Of a stretch of 64,000 bases of DNA, positions 63,248 to 64,000 are shown piece after piece. Made by a program: the position numbers and the translations under genes. The notes under the pieces were generated by a model. The model was given only the letters and a program-made list of their open reading frames with translations. It made no database searches and was not told the origin of the DNA. Source of the DNA: Armatimonadota bacterium (lineage in GTDB: Bacteria; Armatimonadota; Chthonomonadetes; Chthonomonadales; CAJBBX01); the NCBI GenBank assembly GCA_026392115.1, contig JAPLCQ010000143.1, forward strand, positions 819-64,818. Direction: 5' to 3'. Numbering within the stretch: position 1 is the stretch's first letter; each line of letters starts with the position of its first letter.

Positions 63248-64000
63248 GGGCGTGGCGCGATGCCGTGTCTCAGGATGTGGGCCACGCTTCTGATGGTCAC
63301 TTCCTCATCATCGAAGTCGCCGTGGCGCCTGGACTTCGACTCGTAGCCCGGAACCCCGACCTGCTCCGACCAGACCGCGGCCATGGCCCCTGTGGAGCCG
63401 ATCTCGCGGCGAGCCCACGCCACGTCGGGGAAGTGGGCGGCGTCGAAGGTCGCCTGCTCGACCAGGAACCGCTGCATGCCCATGATCGGCGCGTCGACCT
63501 CCGGCTCCAGGATGCCGGAGACGCAGTAGAGCAGCGAGTGCGGGTAGAGTGCGCGCCCCACCGGGCCGATGACCGGCTCGGCCATGGCGTCGGCCCGCTC
63601 CACTGCGTCCTGCATCCCGAAGACGCGCACGCCGAGGATGCGTGACTTGTGGGCGTCGTAGGCGCGCTTGAAGAGCGACGTGGTGCAGGCCGGGGCAAGC
63701 AGTACGAGATCGAAGCTCAAGGCCGGGGCATGGCGGGCCGCCGCGTCCAGGATGTGGCAGATGTAGACGGCTCCGGTGGAGTGGCCGATGAGGGTGACGC
63801 GCGGCGCGTCCGCCTCGTCAGGGTACCGGGCGCCCATGCGCTTCAGGAGGGCCGTGAGGCCGGCCTCGTTGCCCGGTTTCTGATCGTCCCCGCAGGCCTG
63901 CTCTGTGTCGAGCTTCATCTGCTCCCAGAGCCACTCCTTGCCCACGCGGGCCAGGCCGAACGAACGGTAGAGCTCCTCGATGACGGTGCCGAGGAATCCG
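63244..64000 (-). CDS. Alpha/beta-hydrolase domain protein, C-terminal part only (gene begins beyond the right edge)
   Basis: Frame is open to the window edge (GFLGTVIEELYRSFGLARVGKEW); nucleophile elbow LIGHSTG, LLAPAC, HGDFDD; ATGA overlap with the caspase. Confidence 0.85.
   Translation of the reverse strand, partial: GFLGTVIEELYRSFGLARVGKEWLWEQMKLDTEQACGDDQKPGNEAGLTALLKRMGARYPDEADAPRVTLIGHSTGAVYICHILDAAARHAPALSFDLVLLAPACTTSLFKRAYDAHKSRILGVRVFGMQDAVERADAMAEPVIGPVGRALYPHSLLYCVSGILEPEVDAPIMGMQRFLVEQATFDAAHFPDVAWARREIGSTGAMAAVWSEQVGVPGYESKSRRHGDFDDEEVTIRSVAHILRHGIAPRP

Noticed and set aside
1-64000. CRISPR array, tRNA, rRNA, riboswitch, integrase or intact transposase
   Set aside because: No regularly spaced repeats or recognisable RNA signatures in the intergenic gaps and no recombinase motifs in the ORFs. 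A covariance-model search was not possible, so small RNAs could be missed.

Overview
High-GC bacterial DNA. The lineage cannot be fixed from the sequence. About three quarters of the window is a dense carbohydrate-degradation region. It encodes GH29, GH127/146, GH9, two GxGYxYP proteins, GH42/GH14-like, DUF5696/GH129-like, GH50, two GH32, GH39-like and GH33 enzymes, several unclassifiable secreted proteins, a fused sugar-binding/permease ABC importer and a PAS hybrid histidine kinase. A visibly less GC-rich defence-type island interrupts it at about 37.9-48.5 kb. The island holds a DUF2281-like antitoxin with a frameshifted MazF, a REP/RAYT remnant that looks circularly permuted, type III R-M mod/res, a stand-alone OLD-family ATPase-TOPRIM nuclease, a STAND-like NTPase ending in an RxxxxH (HEPN-like) motif, and a TIR fragment in frame just after that gene's stop codon. 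The right end carries a translationally coupled operon of alpha/beta-hydrolase (partial), caspase-like protease and an unknown protein; the last two appear to share a small beta-sandwich domain. The best candidates for undescribed systems are the caspase operon and the OLD / NTPase-HEPN / TIR module. I found no rRNA, tRNA or CRISPR array. All family assignments come from motifs read by eye; no database search was run.
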